Source: Octopus sinensis (lineage: Eukaryota). From it: a stretch of 64,000 bases of DNA. The stretch is from the NCBI RefSeq assembly GCF_006345805.1, contig NC_043015.1:42966001-43030000 (forward strand), in the 5' to 3' direction. The notes beneath the pieces are model-generated. The model ran no database searches and was not told the origin of the DNA. It saw nothing but the letters and a program-made list of their open reading frames with translations. The translations under genes were made by a program, and so were the position numbers. Shown piece after piece: positions 23,694-37,832 of the stretch (position 1 is the stretch's first letter; each line of letters opens with the position of its first letter).

Positions 23694-25664
23694 ATAGCAG
23701 ATTTACTCCAGGTGTGTAAGAGGACCATTTTATGTCCAGGATGCACTGGATGCAATGCTGATGAAATCATTCCAGCTGCTTGAAATGACGCCTGTGATTT
23801 CTGGTGACAAGCTGGCAGAATGGTTAACGCACTGGACAAAACGCCTAGCAGCATTTCGTCCATCCTTACATTCTGAGTTCAAATTCCACCAAGGTTGACA
23901 TTGCCTTTTGTCATTTCCACATTGATAAAATAAGTACCAGTTGAGTATTGGGGTTGACGTAATCAACTTATCCCCTATCCCAAAAATTGCTGGCCCTGTG
24001 TTAGAATTTGAAACCAGCATATTTATTCAAAAAGGCAGTGAGCTAGCAGAACCATTACCATACCAAACAAAATGCTAAGCAGCTTTTCTACTGACCATTT
24101 ATGTTCTGAGTTTGAATTTCGCCGAGGTCAACCATGCCTTTTTTTTATCGTTTTAGGGTCAATTAAATAAGTACCAGTTGGGTACTGGGGTCGATAGAAA
24201 TGACTTAATCTCACCCCTAAAATTGCTGGCCTTGTGCCAAAATTTGAAACTCATGTGATGTCTGTGAATGGTCGAGGTTTCACATCTGTACTTAGGGATG
24301 CAAGAATTCTGGTTTCATACCACAGCAAGCTCTGTGTCTCTTGTGAGATCAAGAAAAACATGATTGATGACTTTTAATTTAAGCACCAGACCAGTAGTTT
24401 CGAACTGGGGGGGGGATAAGTCAAGACCATCGCCCCTTGTACTTGACTGGTACTTTATTTTATTGACCCTGGAAGGATGGAAGACGATGTTTACCTCAGT
24501 GAGATTTGAACTCAGATTGGAAAGTATCAGAAGCAAAACTGCACAACAGACATTTTATCTGACACTCTAATGATTCTGCCCAATCCAGCCCCGACCCCTA
24601 ACGATAACAATAGCAATAATAACACTACTTCAAATAATAATAATAATAGCTCAAACAATGAGTGAGCAGATGAAAAAGCAAAACAAGAGTAACCTCAATA
24701 TTCGCTGGAAATGATGACACCAGGCAAATTACTCAGGAATACAAAAAAAAAAAAAAAAGAAATCCAAAAGAGAAAAAATAAAACAAATAAGTGAAAACCT
24801 AAAAAAATCTCGAATTCCCAAATCCCGAAAGAGAAAAAAAAAAGAAGAGTCACCCCCCTCCCTCCGCCTCATCATTGAAAAAAAAAATAATGAAAGACAT
24901 CGTAAATATAACTTTATTTTAATTATTATTACTATTATCATTATTGTTCTTATTATTGTTGTTGTTATTATTATTATTATTATTCAGCAGTTTGGTATTA
25001 CAAAAAAATAAAAAATAAAAAGATGGTGAGGTATTCTTTAATTAGACACAGAGCACCTGCTATTAGCAAGGAAGAGTGCTGCGGGAGTATAAACAGTGAT
25101 GCTGGCTATGTGTGGTGTGTGTAAGTATATATATACATACATAGAATGTATATATAAAGAGACATACACATATGTTTTTATATATATAGGATCTATGTGT
25201 ATGATTGTATGTATAGGATCTAGTTGCACTAGACAGGGTGAGCTTCTGGAATTGTTTCCAGCAAAACAATAGAGAAATGGCATGTGACTGCCACACACAC
25301 ACAGAGAGAAAAAGTTGTAAATCTATGTCAACAGAACTGAGCAATTTAGAAGAGAGAAACTAACGGATAGATTGATTCAGAGTCAGAACAGAGGCTGCAA
25401 AATAGACAGATAGACAGGTGTGTGTGTGTGTGTGCATATATTATTAGAGTGACTGACAGATATATATATATGTATTTGAAAGTCTTTGTGAAAACTACTT
25501 ATTACAGTTTTTGAGTATACATGGGATTTTTAAAAAAAAACTTATTCTAAACCAAAAAATAATAAAATCGTTTATCAGAACATCACAAACTTTTTGGGGA
25601 AGAAGTTTTTTTTCCTAGTGTGTGTGAGCGCTTTCCATTAATCTTTCCAAACACATGCTCTTGG

Positions 25665-25702
<38 letters not shown>

Positions 25703-25705
<3 letters not shown>

Positions 25706-25836
25706 GGTGATTCAAAAGTCGCCATACGTAAGAAAAATTTATTTTTTCTATAAGAAACAGTTTTTTTTTTATTTAACTGTTACTTATAAAAAAAAATAAT
25801 TTTTTTCCTATGCATGGTGACTTTTGAATCACCCTG
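25703..25836. mobile_element. Tc1/mariner-type MITE (134 bp, near-complete palindrome)
   Basis: TIR CAGGGTGATTCAAAAGTC(G/A)CCAT; TA on both sides. Confidence 0.85.
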
Positions 25837-26128
25837 TACATACACACACAAACACTACCACAGTGAAAATATATATAAAGAGTCTGGCAAAGGCAAGCAG
25901 GGTGACATTTGAAGTGACTGTCACTCTACTTCTAAAACTTTTAAAAACGGTCGACAAAAAAATGACTGAGTGATCTTTCAATGTAATATTGAAATATTTT
26001 TTTATTATAACTTGCCATTATATATATCTATATATTATATATATAATGATATATATATATATAATAATATATACATATATATACATATATATACATATAT
26101 ATATACATATATATATATACATATATAT

Positions 26129-26187
<59 letters not shown>

Positions 26188-26468
26188 ATATATATAACTC
26201 TTTATTATTCACTACGACCGTTTCAACCCATCATTGTGAGATGTTATGTAAACAGTTGTGGTGCATGCTGGGTGCGGATGTTTTTCATCAGGTGAGCTGT
26301 CAAAAGGTACCTCGTTTTTTTTATACCTGAATATAAAACTATTACTTAATTGAACTTGGAACTATGAAATTGGATTGGCGTTAGGAAGGGCATCCAGCCT
26401 CCCAGACCCCAGTTGAACCGTCCAACCCATGCTAGCATGGAAAGCGGACGCTAAATGATGATGATGTG

Positions 26469-26500
<32 letters not shown>

Positions 26501-26589
26501 GGGTTGGTTAACAGTCACCTGACAGTAAATCATATACACACATACACATATACAGACATACATACATATAAGTATACACACCATTATAT

Positions 26590-26625
<36 letters not shown>

Positions 26626-27231
26626 ACATACACATACATACACACATGTATGTCAAGAAAGAGGGAGAGAGAGAGAGAAAGTAAGAGAAGCAGATAGTCA
26701 GATAAGTAGAGAGATGTAAGGCAGCCACCACTCATCTACACCTCCATGTGTTTCCCACATGTGTGGCAACAAGCAGCCATGAATGTACAAATCTACTCCT
26801 GTATTTTCTTACACACAACCTCAGGTAACCATACAACCCCCACCCCCTGCACCCATATTTGGGCATGTATACACAGATTTATATACATACACATCGATAA
26901 GGATGTATGCAAATGCTAACACTTTCTGCACCCAACTGCACAAATGGCACAGCACATAAACACACAAATTCAGAAAGCATACACAAATGCATGTCCGGCC
27001 CTGTTAAGAATACCCCTAATGCGTCGGGCGATATGATATGCTTGAGAAGACCTGTTGAGTCAAGTAAAACCAATATCATAGCTGTGGTCTGTCTCCCCTG
27101 GCTGGCTCCTGTGCTGGTGGCACGTAAAAAGCACCATCCGAATGTGGTCCTTTTTATGTCAAGTGCACCAGCATGGCCACAGTCAAATGACTGAAGGAAG
27201 TTAAAGAATAAAAGAAAAAAAGTAAGCATTA

Positions 27232-27643
27232 GGCGCAGGAGTGACTGCGTGGTAAGTAGCTTGCTTACCAACCACATGGTTCCGGGTTCAGTCCCACTGC
27301 GTGGCACCTTGGGTAAGTGTCTTCTACTATAGCCTCTGGCCGACCAAAGCCTTGTGAGTGGATTTGGTAGACAGAAACTGAAAGAAGCCCATCGTATATA
27401 TGTATGTATATATATATGTATGCGTGTGTGTGTTTGTGTGTCTGTGTTTGTCCCCCTAGCATTGCTTGACAACCGATGCTGGTGTATTTATGTCCCCGTC
27501 ACTTAGCGGTTTGGCAAAAGAGACCGATAGAATAAGTACTGGGCTTACAAAGAATAAGTCCTGGGGTTGAGTTGCTCGATTAAAGGTGGTGCTCCAGCAT
27601 GGCCTCAGTCAAATGACTGAAGCAAGTAAAAGAGTAAAGAGTA
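27232..27643 (+). mobile_element. SINE family A full length
   Basis: Same family sequence. Confidence 0.9.
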
Positions 27644-28329
27644 TTACATTTGACAGAATAATCTGAATGCTAAAGTGCTAAAGGAGTAAGTAAACCTTTG
27701 AAGGTGATGCTCCAGAATGGCTGCAATCCAATGATTGAAACCAGCCACAGAGGAAAAGATAAAATTTTTTGCAAAAATTAATTTGGGCAACAGAATCTAA
27801 CGTGACGACTCTGCGGAGTACCGTAATGGAAACCAATGGAACCTTTTCCTTTCGCAATAAAACACATTGGAATGGAAAAAAAAAACCGACAAACAAAAAG
27901 AAAAAAGAAAAAAAACGGTTAATAAATAAAATGAATAATATAAAAATAAGGCGGAAAGAAAAGATTATTGCAAGCAAAAGTGTTCAGTGAATAGTGACAT
28001 AGCTCTTAATTTGTCGCTTAATAATGTAGTAGACAGTTGTTAATTTAGAATGTGTGTGTGTGTGTGTTTGAGTGAGTGTGTGTATGCGGGAGAGTTAGAC
28101 AGATATAGATTAGAAAATATCAAGCTTGTTTCCATTGGACTTAAAAGGATTTTACATACACATGTACAGAGGTTTTTTTATAAATATATACATGTATACA
28201 AAGGGTCTCACACAAGGATTTTTCGTATGTACACACAAAAGGCTTCAGACACATGCACAGAAGTTTCAAACACACACACACACAAACACAGGCATTAATA
28301 AATGAAAACAATACAGAAGTGTGAAAGTG

Positions 28330-28790
28330 AAAGAGGAGCTATGAGAGAAAGAGAGATAACGAAAGAGGTGGAGAGAGAGAGAGAGAGAGGATAGCAAGAA
28401 AGGGAGAGTGGATAGAAAGACAGTGAAAGAGAGATAGATAGAATGAGAGAGAGAGGATAGCAAGAAAGGGAGAGTGGATAGAAAGACAGTGAAAGAGAGA
28501 TAGATAGATAGATTTAGAGAGAGAGAGAAAGAGGGGATAGCAAGAAAGGGAGAGTGGATAGAAAGACAGTGAAAGAGAGATAGATAGATAGATTGAGAGA
28601 GAGAGAGGATAGCAAGAAAGGGAGAGTGGATAGAAAGACAGAGAGTGAAAGAGCGATAGAGAGATAGATAGATAGATATATTAAGAGAGAGAGGATAGCA
28701 AGACAGTTAGAGACCAATAGGAGAGAGAGAGAGAGATAGACGGAGAGAGAGAGAGAGGGAGAGAGAGAGAGAGAGAACAAAAGACGGTAA
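28330..28790. repeat. GA/GATA compound array with about 4 copies of a roughly 60-bp unit
   Basis: GGATAGCAAGAAAGGGAGAGTGGATAGAAAGACAGTGAAAGAGAGATAG repeated. Confidence 0.85.
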
Positions 28791-29334
28791 GAAGCAGTGA
28801 GTTTCACACCTATCAGATAGCAACAAGCTTTGGAAGAGCTAACCTGACAACTCCAACAAACAACAACAAAAACGTGAACTCTGAAGGGAGCTTGCATATC
28901 ATTGCTCGACTTCCAGGAAATAGCAACTAAATATCCCTCAGACAGCACTTTAATGCATAAGAAATGGAAGGTAAGACTGGATAATAATGTAGTTCTGGAT
29001 ATACAATGTTTGAGAAAAGGGCAAGATGTTTAAGGCTAGGATATCATTGATCTGCTCAATCAGGACTGACAAGGGTCTAAACAGCAGCAGAAACAGTAAC
29101 AGTACAAGTGATACAATAGACAACACCACAATGTCAAGAGAACAAGAGCAACAATGCCGAAGACTGACAGCACCACAAGCTGTCAATACCACAATTGCAA
29201 CAGCTCTGACCGTCAACATCATGGTTTATCAATACCACAGGCCGGTCAACACCACAAACCATCAACATCACACACTACCAACGCCATAGACCATCAGCAC
29301 TGTACACTGCCAACATCACAAACCATCTAGTCCA

Positions 29335-29705
29335 CAGACTGTCAACATTGCAGACCGTCAACACTGCAGACTGTCAATACTGCAGACTATCAACACTGCA
29401 GACTATCAACACTGCAGACTATCAACACTGCAGACTGTCAACACTGTAGACTGCCAACACTGCAGACTGCCAACACTGCAGACTGCCAACACTGCAGACT
29501 GTCAGCACTGCAGAAGACTGTCAATACTGCATACTACCATCACTACAGATTGTCAACACTGCAGACTGTCAATGCTACACACTACCAACACCACAGACAG
29601 TCAACACTGTACACTACCAACACCACAGACAGTCAACACTGTACACTACCAACACCACAGACAGTCAACACTGTACAGTACAAACACCACAGAATGTCAA
29701 CACTG
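29335..29705. repeat. Minisatellite: 16-bp unit (CAACACTGCAGACTGT) grading into a 32-bp unit
   Basis: About 12 copies of the 16-mer, then 3-4 copies of ACTACCAACACCACAGACAGTCAACACTGTAC. Confidence 0.9.
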
Positions 29706-30551
29706 CAGCCCACCACAGCTCTTCACACACACACAAAGTGAAGTATGTTCAAAGCTGTCTCCACTAATTTCTGAAATTATTAAAACCACTCAGTTAATAT
29801 TGCCTTTTCCTCGCTGCATAAATATTTCTAATAACACTTACTTTTTAATTATCACTTCATTAAATACGTTAACACCAATTAAACGATATTCCAATAATCT
29901 TGAAGGATGGTTCCAGTCACGATATTACAAACTAATGAACTGATTAGTGAGCAAGTCAACAAAGAAAAGAGCCAATATATATATGCAGTCACCTGATTTG
30001 CTAGAAATAGCAACCAAATTCACTTTACATACGACCCTGCTGTCTTAAAAATCCTCCAAATTACCATTTTCATCATCCCTGTTAATCCTTTTGACGTTCA
30101 CTTTTCCATGGTTGCAAGAGTTAGACGGAATTTGCTGAGGCAGAATTTCTATGGCTGGAAGCCCTTCCTGTCTCTAACCATCGCCTGTTTCCAAGTAAGG
30201 TAATATAGCCGAAAACACTTGAAGATGCCATGCAATGGGACTGAACCTAAAACTTTGTGATTGGCAAGCAAACTTCTTAAAGCTCAGCTATGCCTTTGCC
30301 GAATGCCATACCAGCACTTAGAATGATTTTAGTGTGGTAATAATTACTGTTGTTATTTCTATTCACAGTTATTTCCATCATGTTGCCAGCCAGTCAAAAA
30401 CGAGGCTTTGGAATGATATCCAAATGTGGCTGACCCCTGATCAACAAGGTTCACAACTAAAATGACTAATGACAGATACCGTACCCATGTTCTTAGAAGA
30501 GTAAAGACTATTTACGACCAATTATTTCCAGACTTCTCACCAGTTCGATAA

Positions 30552-30861
30552 GTGGAGGCACATGGACTAGTGGTTAGAGCAGCGGACTCGCTGTCGAGGG
30601 ATCGCGGGTTCGAATCTCAGACTGGGCGATGTGTGTGTTTATGAGCGAAACACCTAAGCTCTGTGCGGCTCCGGCAGAAGGTAATGGCGAAACTTCTGCT
30701 GACTCTTTCACCACAACTTTCTCTCACTCTTTCCTCCTGCATCTCGCAGCTCACCTGCGACGAACCGGCGTCCCGTCCAGGTGGGGAACCTATACGCCAA
30801 GAAACTGGGGAAACCAACCCTTATGAGCCAGGTGTGGCTCGAGAAGGAACAAACAACAACA
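30552..30861 (+). mobile_element. tRNA-derived SINE family D, full length, (AAC)n tail
   Basis: tRNA-like head (TAGTGGTTAGAGC..GGTTCGAATC); 13-bp TSD ACCAGTTCGATAA (30539-30551 / 30862-30874). Confidence 0.9.
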
Positions 30862-31454
30862 ACCAGTTCGATAACCAGAATACACAACATTTTGTTCGGG
30901 GTGGAAGCGGGTAATTGTGACTTTGGGATGAGGTACCCGCCTGTTTAACTGCTTTCCTCAATGGTGAAGGGGATGTTTTGGGTCACTTCCACCTTTCTAA
31001 GAATTGATTACTCATGGAAACTATATTGCGTCAGACTAAGAGACAGTGTTAGTCACTGTAGCTCCATTTATTAACAAAGGTGGAAACATTCAATACGTAA
31101 AAATAACGTAATTGGGGAATATTTTTTTAATCTTTTTTTTTCTGTTTTGTTTTTTTTTTTTGTCTTTTATTAACCAAATGAAAGAATCTCGCATTTGTTT
31201 TGGTCTTTTTATTATATAAAAACATCGATTCAATTGGGGCCGTTCCAAGAATAAAAATTTCGGTCTATTTTTTGATATTGAATTTTATTGATTACAAACT
31301 AAAAATAGAACACACACACACAAAAAAAAAACAAAAAAACGAAAAAGTTTTGTATGCAAATTCACATAATCAATAAAGTCAGTAGGTTGGACAAAATGAG
31401 CCACCAGGCCATTATTTATTGCTCCACCCAACTTAAAGTAGGGATCAAACCATA

Positions 31455-31795
31455 ATAATAATGATAATAATTATAATAATAATGATAATAATGAAAATAA
31501 TAATGATAATAATGAAAATAATAATGATAATAATTACAATAATAATGATAATAATGAAAATAATAATGATAATAATTACAATAATAATGATAATAATGAA
31601 AATAATAATGATAATAATTACAATAATGATAATAATGAAAATAATAATGATAATAATGAAAATAATAATGATAATAATGAAAATAATAATGATAATAATT
31701 ACAATAATAATGATAATAATGAAAATAATAATGATAATAATGAAAATAATAATGATAATGATAATAATACTGATATTAATAATAATAATGATAAT
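31455..31795. repeat. Compound (ATA/ATG) array with 21-bp higher-order units
   Basis: Alternating ATAATGATAATAATGAAAATA and ATAATGATAATAATTACAATA units. Confidence 0.9.
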
Positions 31796-32345
31796 ATGCA
31801 GTACCAGGCAGTGGCTCTCATTGTTTCTGATCTTAACTGATTGGAAGTGTCATCATGTACATTGTTTTGTCTTGGTATAAAAGATGGGCTACAGCAAATA
31901 TTCTGCTCAATACCACAGATTTGCTTGTCAGTTGTTTGATCTTAACCAGTTGAGCATGTCCCTTAGTGGCTGACGATATGTGCATCTCTGATCACGAGCA
32001 GAAGTAGTGGGGGAGCATCGTGGCCGTGTGTTGAGAGGGATTCTTGGAGGTTTAGATAATTCGCCTTTGGAAACATGGGTGTTTCGTTCAACATCCTTAA
32101 ACAACCCTTATTCAGAGACCTTTTGAGTGGGATGGACTACTCTACCTGAAGAAAAATTCTAACTGGGCCCCACCTGCAAGGTCATGCACTGTTTAACTTG
32201 ACATGAGATCACCATGTCATGCACACATGGTTGTGGTGCATGTGCCTGGTGTACCCTTATCAGACGGGTAGTCATGATGGATATACAGGGCTTCGTATAG
32301 GTTACCCCAGTGTCACTTTGATGGCATGTACTGCTCTCTCAATCA
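31795..32345. mobile_element. About 550-bp unclassified interspersed element embedded in an (AAT)n-type array
   Basis: Complex non-coding sequence with sharp boundaries and AAT-rich microsatellite on both sides; no intact ORF. Confidence 0.45.
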
Positions 32346-32718
32346 ATGATAATAATAATAATAATTCTTCCTAATTTTGGCACAAGGCAAGCAACTTTGA
32401 AGGGGGAGAAGGCAAGGCAGTTATATAGACCCCAGTACCTGACTGGTACTATATTTCAACAATCCTGGAAGGATGAAAGGCAAAGTTGATCTCAGTGCTA
32501 ATTGTACTCAGAACGCAGAGAGATGAAAGAATTGTTGCTAAGCATTTTCTCTGATGCACCAAAAATTTCTGCCACCTTAATAATAATAATCCTTTCTACT
32601 ATATTTGAGGACGGGATAAGTTGATTATATTAACCCCAGTACTCAACTGGTACTTATTTTATCGATCCCGAAAGGATGAACAGCAAAGTGTAGGGGATGT
32701 GAGAGGGTATGAGAGCAT

Positions 32719-33021
32719 GTTTGTTCCTTCTTGAGCCATGCCTAGCTCATAAGGGCCGGTTTCCCGGTCTCCTAGGTGTATAGGTTCCCCACCTGGACGG
32801 GACGCCGGTCCATCACAGGTGAGCTGCAAGATGCAGGAGGAAAGAGTGAGAGAAAGTTGTGGCAAAAGAGTCAGCAGAAGTTTCGCCATTACCTTCTGCC
32901 GGAGCCGTGTGGAGCTTAGCTGTTTCGCTCATAAACACACACATCGCCCGGTCTGAGATTCGAACCCGCGATCCCTCGACTGCGAGTCCGCTGCTCTAGC
33001 CACTAGGCCATGTGCCTTCAC
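32719..33021 (-). mobile_element. SINE family D (reverse)
   Basis: Reverse complement of the 30552 copy. Confidence 0.85.
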
Positions 33022-33719
33022 CATCAGAGCATGTGTGTGTGGAGGGGGTATGAGAGCATGTGTGTGTGTGTGGAAGGGGTGTGAGAGCACGTGTGTCTAT
33101 GTATGTGTATGTATGTGTGTGTTTGTGATCCTTAATTTTCATTGGTTATCCTCAAGTCCCCTTTGGTAGAGCAGACCTACAACGAAGGACACAAGTGAGA
33201 TCCGAGGGGGTGGGGGCAATTTATTATGGCTGTTATTTCTAGCACGACAAAACAAAGCAACCGTAACAAAAGGCTCGCATTATCCTTAAAACATTAACGT
33301 TGGCTGAAACGGAAACCCGAGTTACATCGCAACCCCAAGAAGGATTCAACAGAACGGTATTTAACCATTAACGGGCATCGAAACAAGGCAAAACGAAACA
33401 AAAAATAAACTCAAACAACAAACAAAATAAACAAAAAAAAAACACCGAAGTTCATTAAAGACAAGGAAATAAGGAAGTTATGTCTGACAGCAGCTGTTAG
33501 TTTTTGAGGCTTTTTCTGTCTTTTTGCTGTGTTTTTTTTTTTGTTTTTTTACCCCCCCCTCCTTTTTTTTTTTTTTTTTTTTCGGAGGTTAACAACTAGA
33601 TTCCATTAATAGTTGGAAATCCTACTAAAGTTTCATGTTAGAAAGTCTTTCAAGTTTTGACATTAAACTGATTGGTCTGTTAAACACGACACCAGATGCT
33701 GCTCGCATTACAGCGGTGA

Positions 33720-33893
33720 GGATGATGATGATGATGACAGTGATGATGATGCAAGTGATGACGATGATGATGATAATGATAATGATAATGATGATACTGC
33801 TGGTGATGACGCTGATGATAATGATGATGATGATGTCAGTGATGATGATGATGTCAGTGATGATGCTGCTGCTGCTGCTGGTGGTGGTGGTGG

Positions 33894-33929
<36 letters not shown>

Positions 33930-34080
33930 CGACGACGACGACGACGACGATGACGATGATGATGATGTCAGTGATGCTGCTGCTGATGATGATGATAATG
34001 ATAATGGTGGTGATGAAGATGTCTGATGACAATGATAATGATGATGGTGAAAATGACGATGATGATGATAATGACCACCA
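33720..34080. repeat. (GAT/GAC/GCT)n array
   Basis: Direct inspection. Confidence 0.9.
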
Positions 34081-34471
34081 CCACTGCTGCTGCTGCCACC
34101 CACGCAGTCTCATCTCTGCCACTGCCGCATCCACCACAGAGATGGCGATGACGACAAAGGTGTTAACAATAATCAAAGCCCCGCCAACACCAACCACCCA
34201 CCCCACCCCACCCCACCCCACCCACCCCCGCTACCGTCGCTGCCAAGACGATGGAAACAATGACGACAATGACCGCCCCTACCTACCACCCCGTCCCCCA
34301 TCATTAACACCTCCACCCCACCCCCGCCACCAAAATCTTGTTGTTTAGAGACTTGGTTATCAGCCAATGAAATTACTTACTCAATTTCTATTCCATTGCA
34401 CAAGACGCAATCAGGCTTTCACAATACATAACCACACATACTCACAGATAGACACACACGTATACATACAT

Positions 34472-34524
<53 letters not shown>

Positions 34525-34791
34525 TACATAAATACATACATGCATACATATATATATATATATATATACACATCTATGATGTAACACACACATATACACA
34601 TGCAAAGTGCGGAAGTGAGGTCAACACAATTAAATCTCTGAAAGGTCAAATTTTTGAATTTTGATAAAGGAACGCCACATCCCATTACAGAGAAGCTTCA
34701 AACATCCTGGTGCGTTTTAGAAGAGCAAGGAATAGGAGTGGGGGTTGACAAGCTGATGTTGCATAACAACATTGTGGCTGTCACTGAGCAT

Positions 34792-35320
34792 CCCAGCTCA
34801 GTTCAGCCTGGCTCAGCCAACCTCAGTTCAGCCCAGCCCAGCTCAGCTCAGCCCACCTCAGTTCAGCCTAGCTAAGCTCAGCTCAGCCAACCTCGGTTCA
34901 GCCCAGCTCAGCTCAGCCCACCCCGGTTCAGCCCAGCTCAGCTCAGCCCACCCCGGTTCAGCCCAGCTCAGCTCAGCCCACCTCAGTTCAGCCTAGCTAA
35001 GCTCAGCTCAGCCAACCTCGGTTCAGCCCAGCTCAGCTCAGACTGGTTCAACCTAGCTCAGCCTAGCTCAGTTCAGCCTGGCTCAGCCCACCTCGGTTCA
35101 GCCTAGCTCAGCTCAGCCCAGCTCAGCTCAGCCCACCCCGGTTCAGCCCAGCTCAGCTCAGCCAACCTCAGTTCAGCCCACCTCGGTTCAGCCCAGCTCA
35201 GCTCAGCCTAGCTAAGCTCAGCTCAGCCAACCTCGGTTCAGCCCAGCTCAGCTCAGACTGGTTCAACCTAGCTCAGCCTGGCTCAGTTCAGCCCAGCTCA
35301 GATCATCCTGGCTCAGCTCA
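34792..35320. repeat. Pentamer minisatellite (CAGCT/CAGCC/CAGTT variants) with higher-order blocks
   Basis: About 105 pentamers; the block GCCTAGCTAAGCTCAGCTCAGCCAACCTCGGTTCAGCC recurs three times. Confidence 0.9.
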
Positions 35321-36354
35321 AACATTGTTCTATTCAAGAACTCTTATCTTTTATGTTTTGCTTGTTTCTGTTACCCGACCGTGGCCATGCTGGGGCACTG
35401 CCTTGAGGGGCTTTAGTTGAACAAATCAACTTCCGGTACATATGCCTTTTCCAAAATTCTGGTACTGATTCCATTAGTCTCATTTGCACTGGAATGCTAC
35501 ATTACTAGGATGTAAATAAAACAACACCGATTATCAAGTAAAACAGAAATTTGGAACAGATACTACGAGGCCACACTGCTCTGGATTGGTACCTTTGGAG
35601 TTTTTTATTACTGACCACAGCAGGGTCATTCGTTTTTGCTAGCTGAGTGGACCGGAGCAATGTGAAATGAAGTGTCTTCCTCAAGAACACAACGCGTCGC
35701 CCCGTCCAGGAATTGAAACCGCAATCTCACAGTCACGAGTTCAACACCTTAACCACTAAGCCACTCACCCCCACCACCACACACATGAGGATGTGAATAG
35801 TATCAACAACACAAACCAAAAAAGAAATTATAAAAAAAAAACTATAAAAACACTCTATTCTATCAAGAAAAAAACAGATACCAAACATGGAAGAAAACCA
35901 TTCAGTTATAATGAATACAATGGCCACCACTTGACAAGAAATCATCAATAACTGATCTATGGCTTTGCCATTGTAATGGCATTTTTAAAATCATCATCAT
36001 CATCATCGTCATTATTATTATTATTATTATCATTATTGTTATTATTATTATTATTGTTATTACATGTGTAGCAGCGTCACCGGAAGAAGCATGATTAACC
36101 AGTTTTCGTCTGTGCAAAGAGCTTTATGGAATAAGTTGCTATGGATTTCCTGAGATTGAAACAGTGAGTTATGTAAAAGGAAAGGAAAAGAAAAGAAAAG
36201 AAAAGAAAGGAAAGGAAAGAAAATAAATAAATAAAAATGTAAAAAATCAGGAGATCACAGGACCCGGAGGCAAGACACTTTGTAGTATGTAATGATTCTT
36301 GGCATACAAATGTTTGGTAGAGAAGCATGTCCATATATCATTGTGTCCTTCCCA

Positions 36355-36760
36355 TTTCTCTCTCTCTCTCTCTCTGTGTATGTGTGTATGTGTGTGTGAT
36401 TGTATGTATATGTGTGTGTATGTATGTGTGTGTGTTTATGTATGTATGTGTGTGTATGTATGTATGTGTGTGTATGTATGTATTTGTGTTTATGTATGTA
36501 TGTATGTATTTGTGTGTATGTATGTACATATGTATTTGTGTGTATGTATGTACATATGTATTTGTGTGTATGTATGTACATATGTATTTGTGTGTATGTA
36601 TGTATGTATGTGTGTGTGTATGTATGTATGTGTATTTATGTATGTATGAATGTGTGTGTATGTATGTACGTATGTATTTATATACGTATCTATGTATTTA
36701 TGCGTGTATGTACGTGTGTGTGTGTGTATGTATGTTTGTATGTATTTATGTGTGTACATC
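36355..36760. repeat. (TGTA/TG)n array
   Basis: Direct inspection. Confidence 0.9.
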
Positions 36761-37832
36761 ATCATCATCATCATTTAACGTCTGTTATTCATGCTGGCAT
36801 GGGTTGGATGGTTTGACTAGGCTGGCACGCTGGAAAGCTACACCTAACTCCAGTCTGATTTGGCATGGTTTTCTATGGCTGGATGCCCTTCCTAACACCA
36901 ACCACTGCGAGCGTGTAATGGGTGCTTTATGTGCCACCAGTACAGGTGCCATTTTTGTGATACCAGTATCTGCCACGACTGCGATTTTGCTCAGCTTGAT
37001 GCCAAAGGTCTTGGTGATTGCTTCCGTGAGGCCCAACACTCAAAAGGAACTCAGCCACTTTGCCTTCATGAGGCCCAACACTCCAAAGGAACTCAGTCAC
37101 CGACACACACACACAACACTCACATTCCTACATACCCTCAGTGGTTAGAGCATTGGGCTCACAGTCATGAACTCAATTCTTGGACTGGGCTTTGCGTTGT
37201 GTTCTTGAGCAAGACACTTTATTTCACATTTGCTTCAGTTCACTCAGCTGTAGAAATGTGATGTGACATCACTGGTGCCAAGCTGTATCAGCCTTTCTCT
37301 TTTCCTTGCTCAACATCAGTGGTATGGAGAAGGGAGGCTGGTATGCATGGGCGACTGCTGGTCTTTCCATAAACAAGCTTGCCCGCAGGGGAACTTTCTA
37401 GGTGCAATCCCATGGTCATTCATGACCGAAGGGGGAGGGGGTTCTTTACTCTTTACCTTTTATAGGCATCATAGTCATCATCATCAGCACCATCATTTAA
37501 CAGCTACTGTCCATGCTGTCATGGATTGGATGGTTTGACAGGTTATCCAGTGAGCCAACAAAGCTGTACTGGGCCTCAACATCAACTTTGGTATGGTTTC
37601 TCAGGCCAGATGCCCTTCCTAATACCAGCCACTTCTTGGAGTGCACTGGTTGCTTTTTCTCTTATGCCACCGGCACTGGTGGGTTGGCCGAGAAGAACAG
37701 GGAGAGGAAAAAAGAACAAGATCCTACAACTAAATGGGGAGGTGGCTATATAGTGATTGTCGAAAGGTTTCACTGAACTGTGGCCATGCTGGGGCACCAT
37801 CTTGAAGGGTTTAGTCAAAGAAATTGACTCCA

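Noticed and set aside
29335-29705. CRISPR-like periodicity
   Set aside because: Units are contiguous with no unique spacers, the DNA is eukaryotic and there are no cas genes.
30552-30625. tRNA-like sequences at SINE heads (families A, C, D, E)
   Set aside because: They continue into SINE bodies with tails and TSDs. No complete cloverleaf, so not called tRNA genes.
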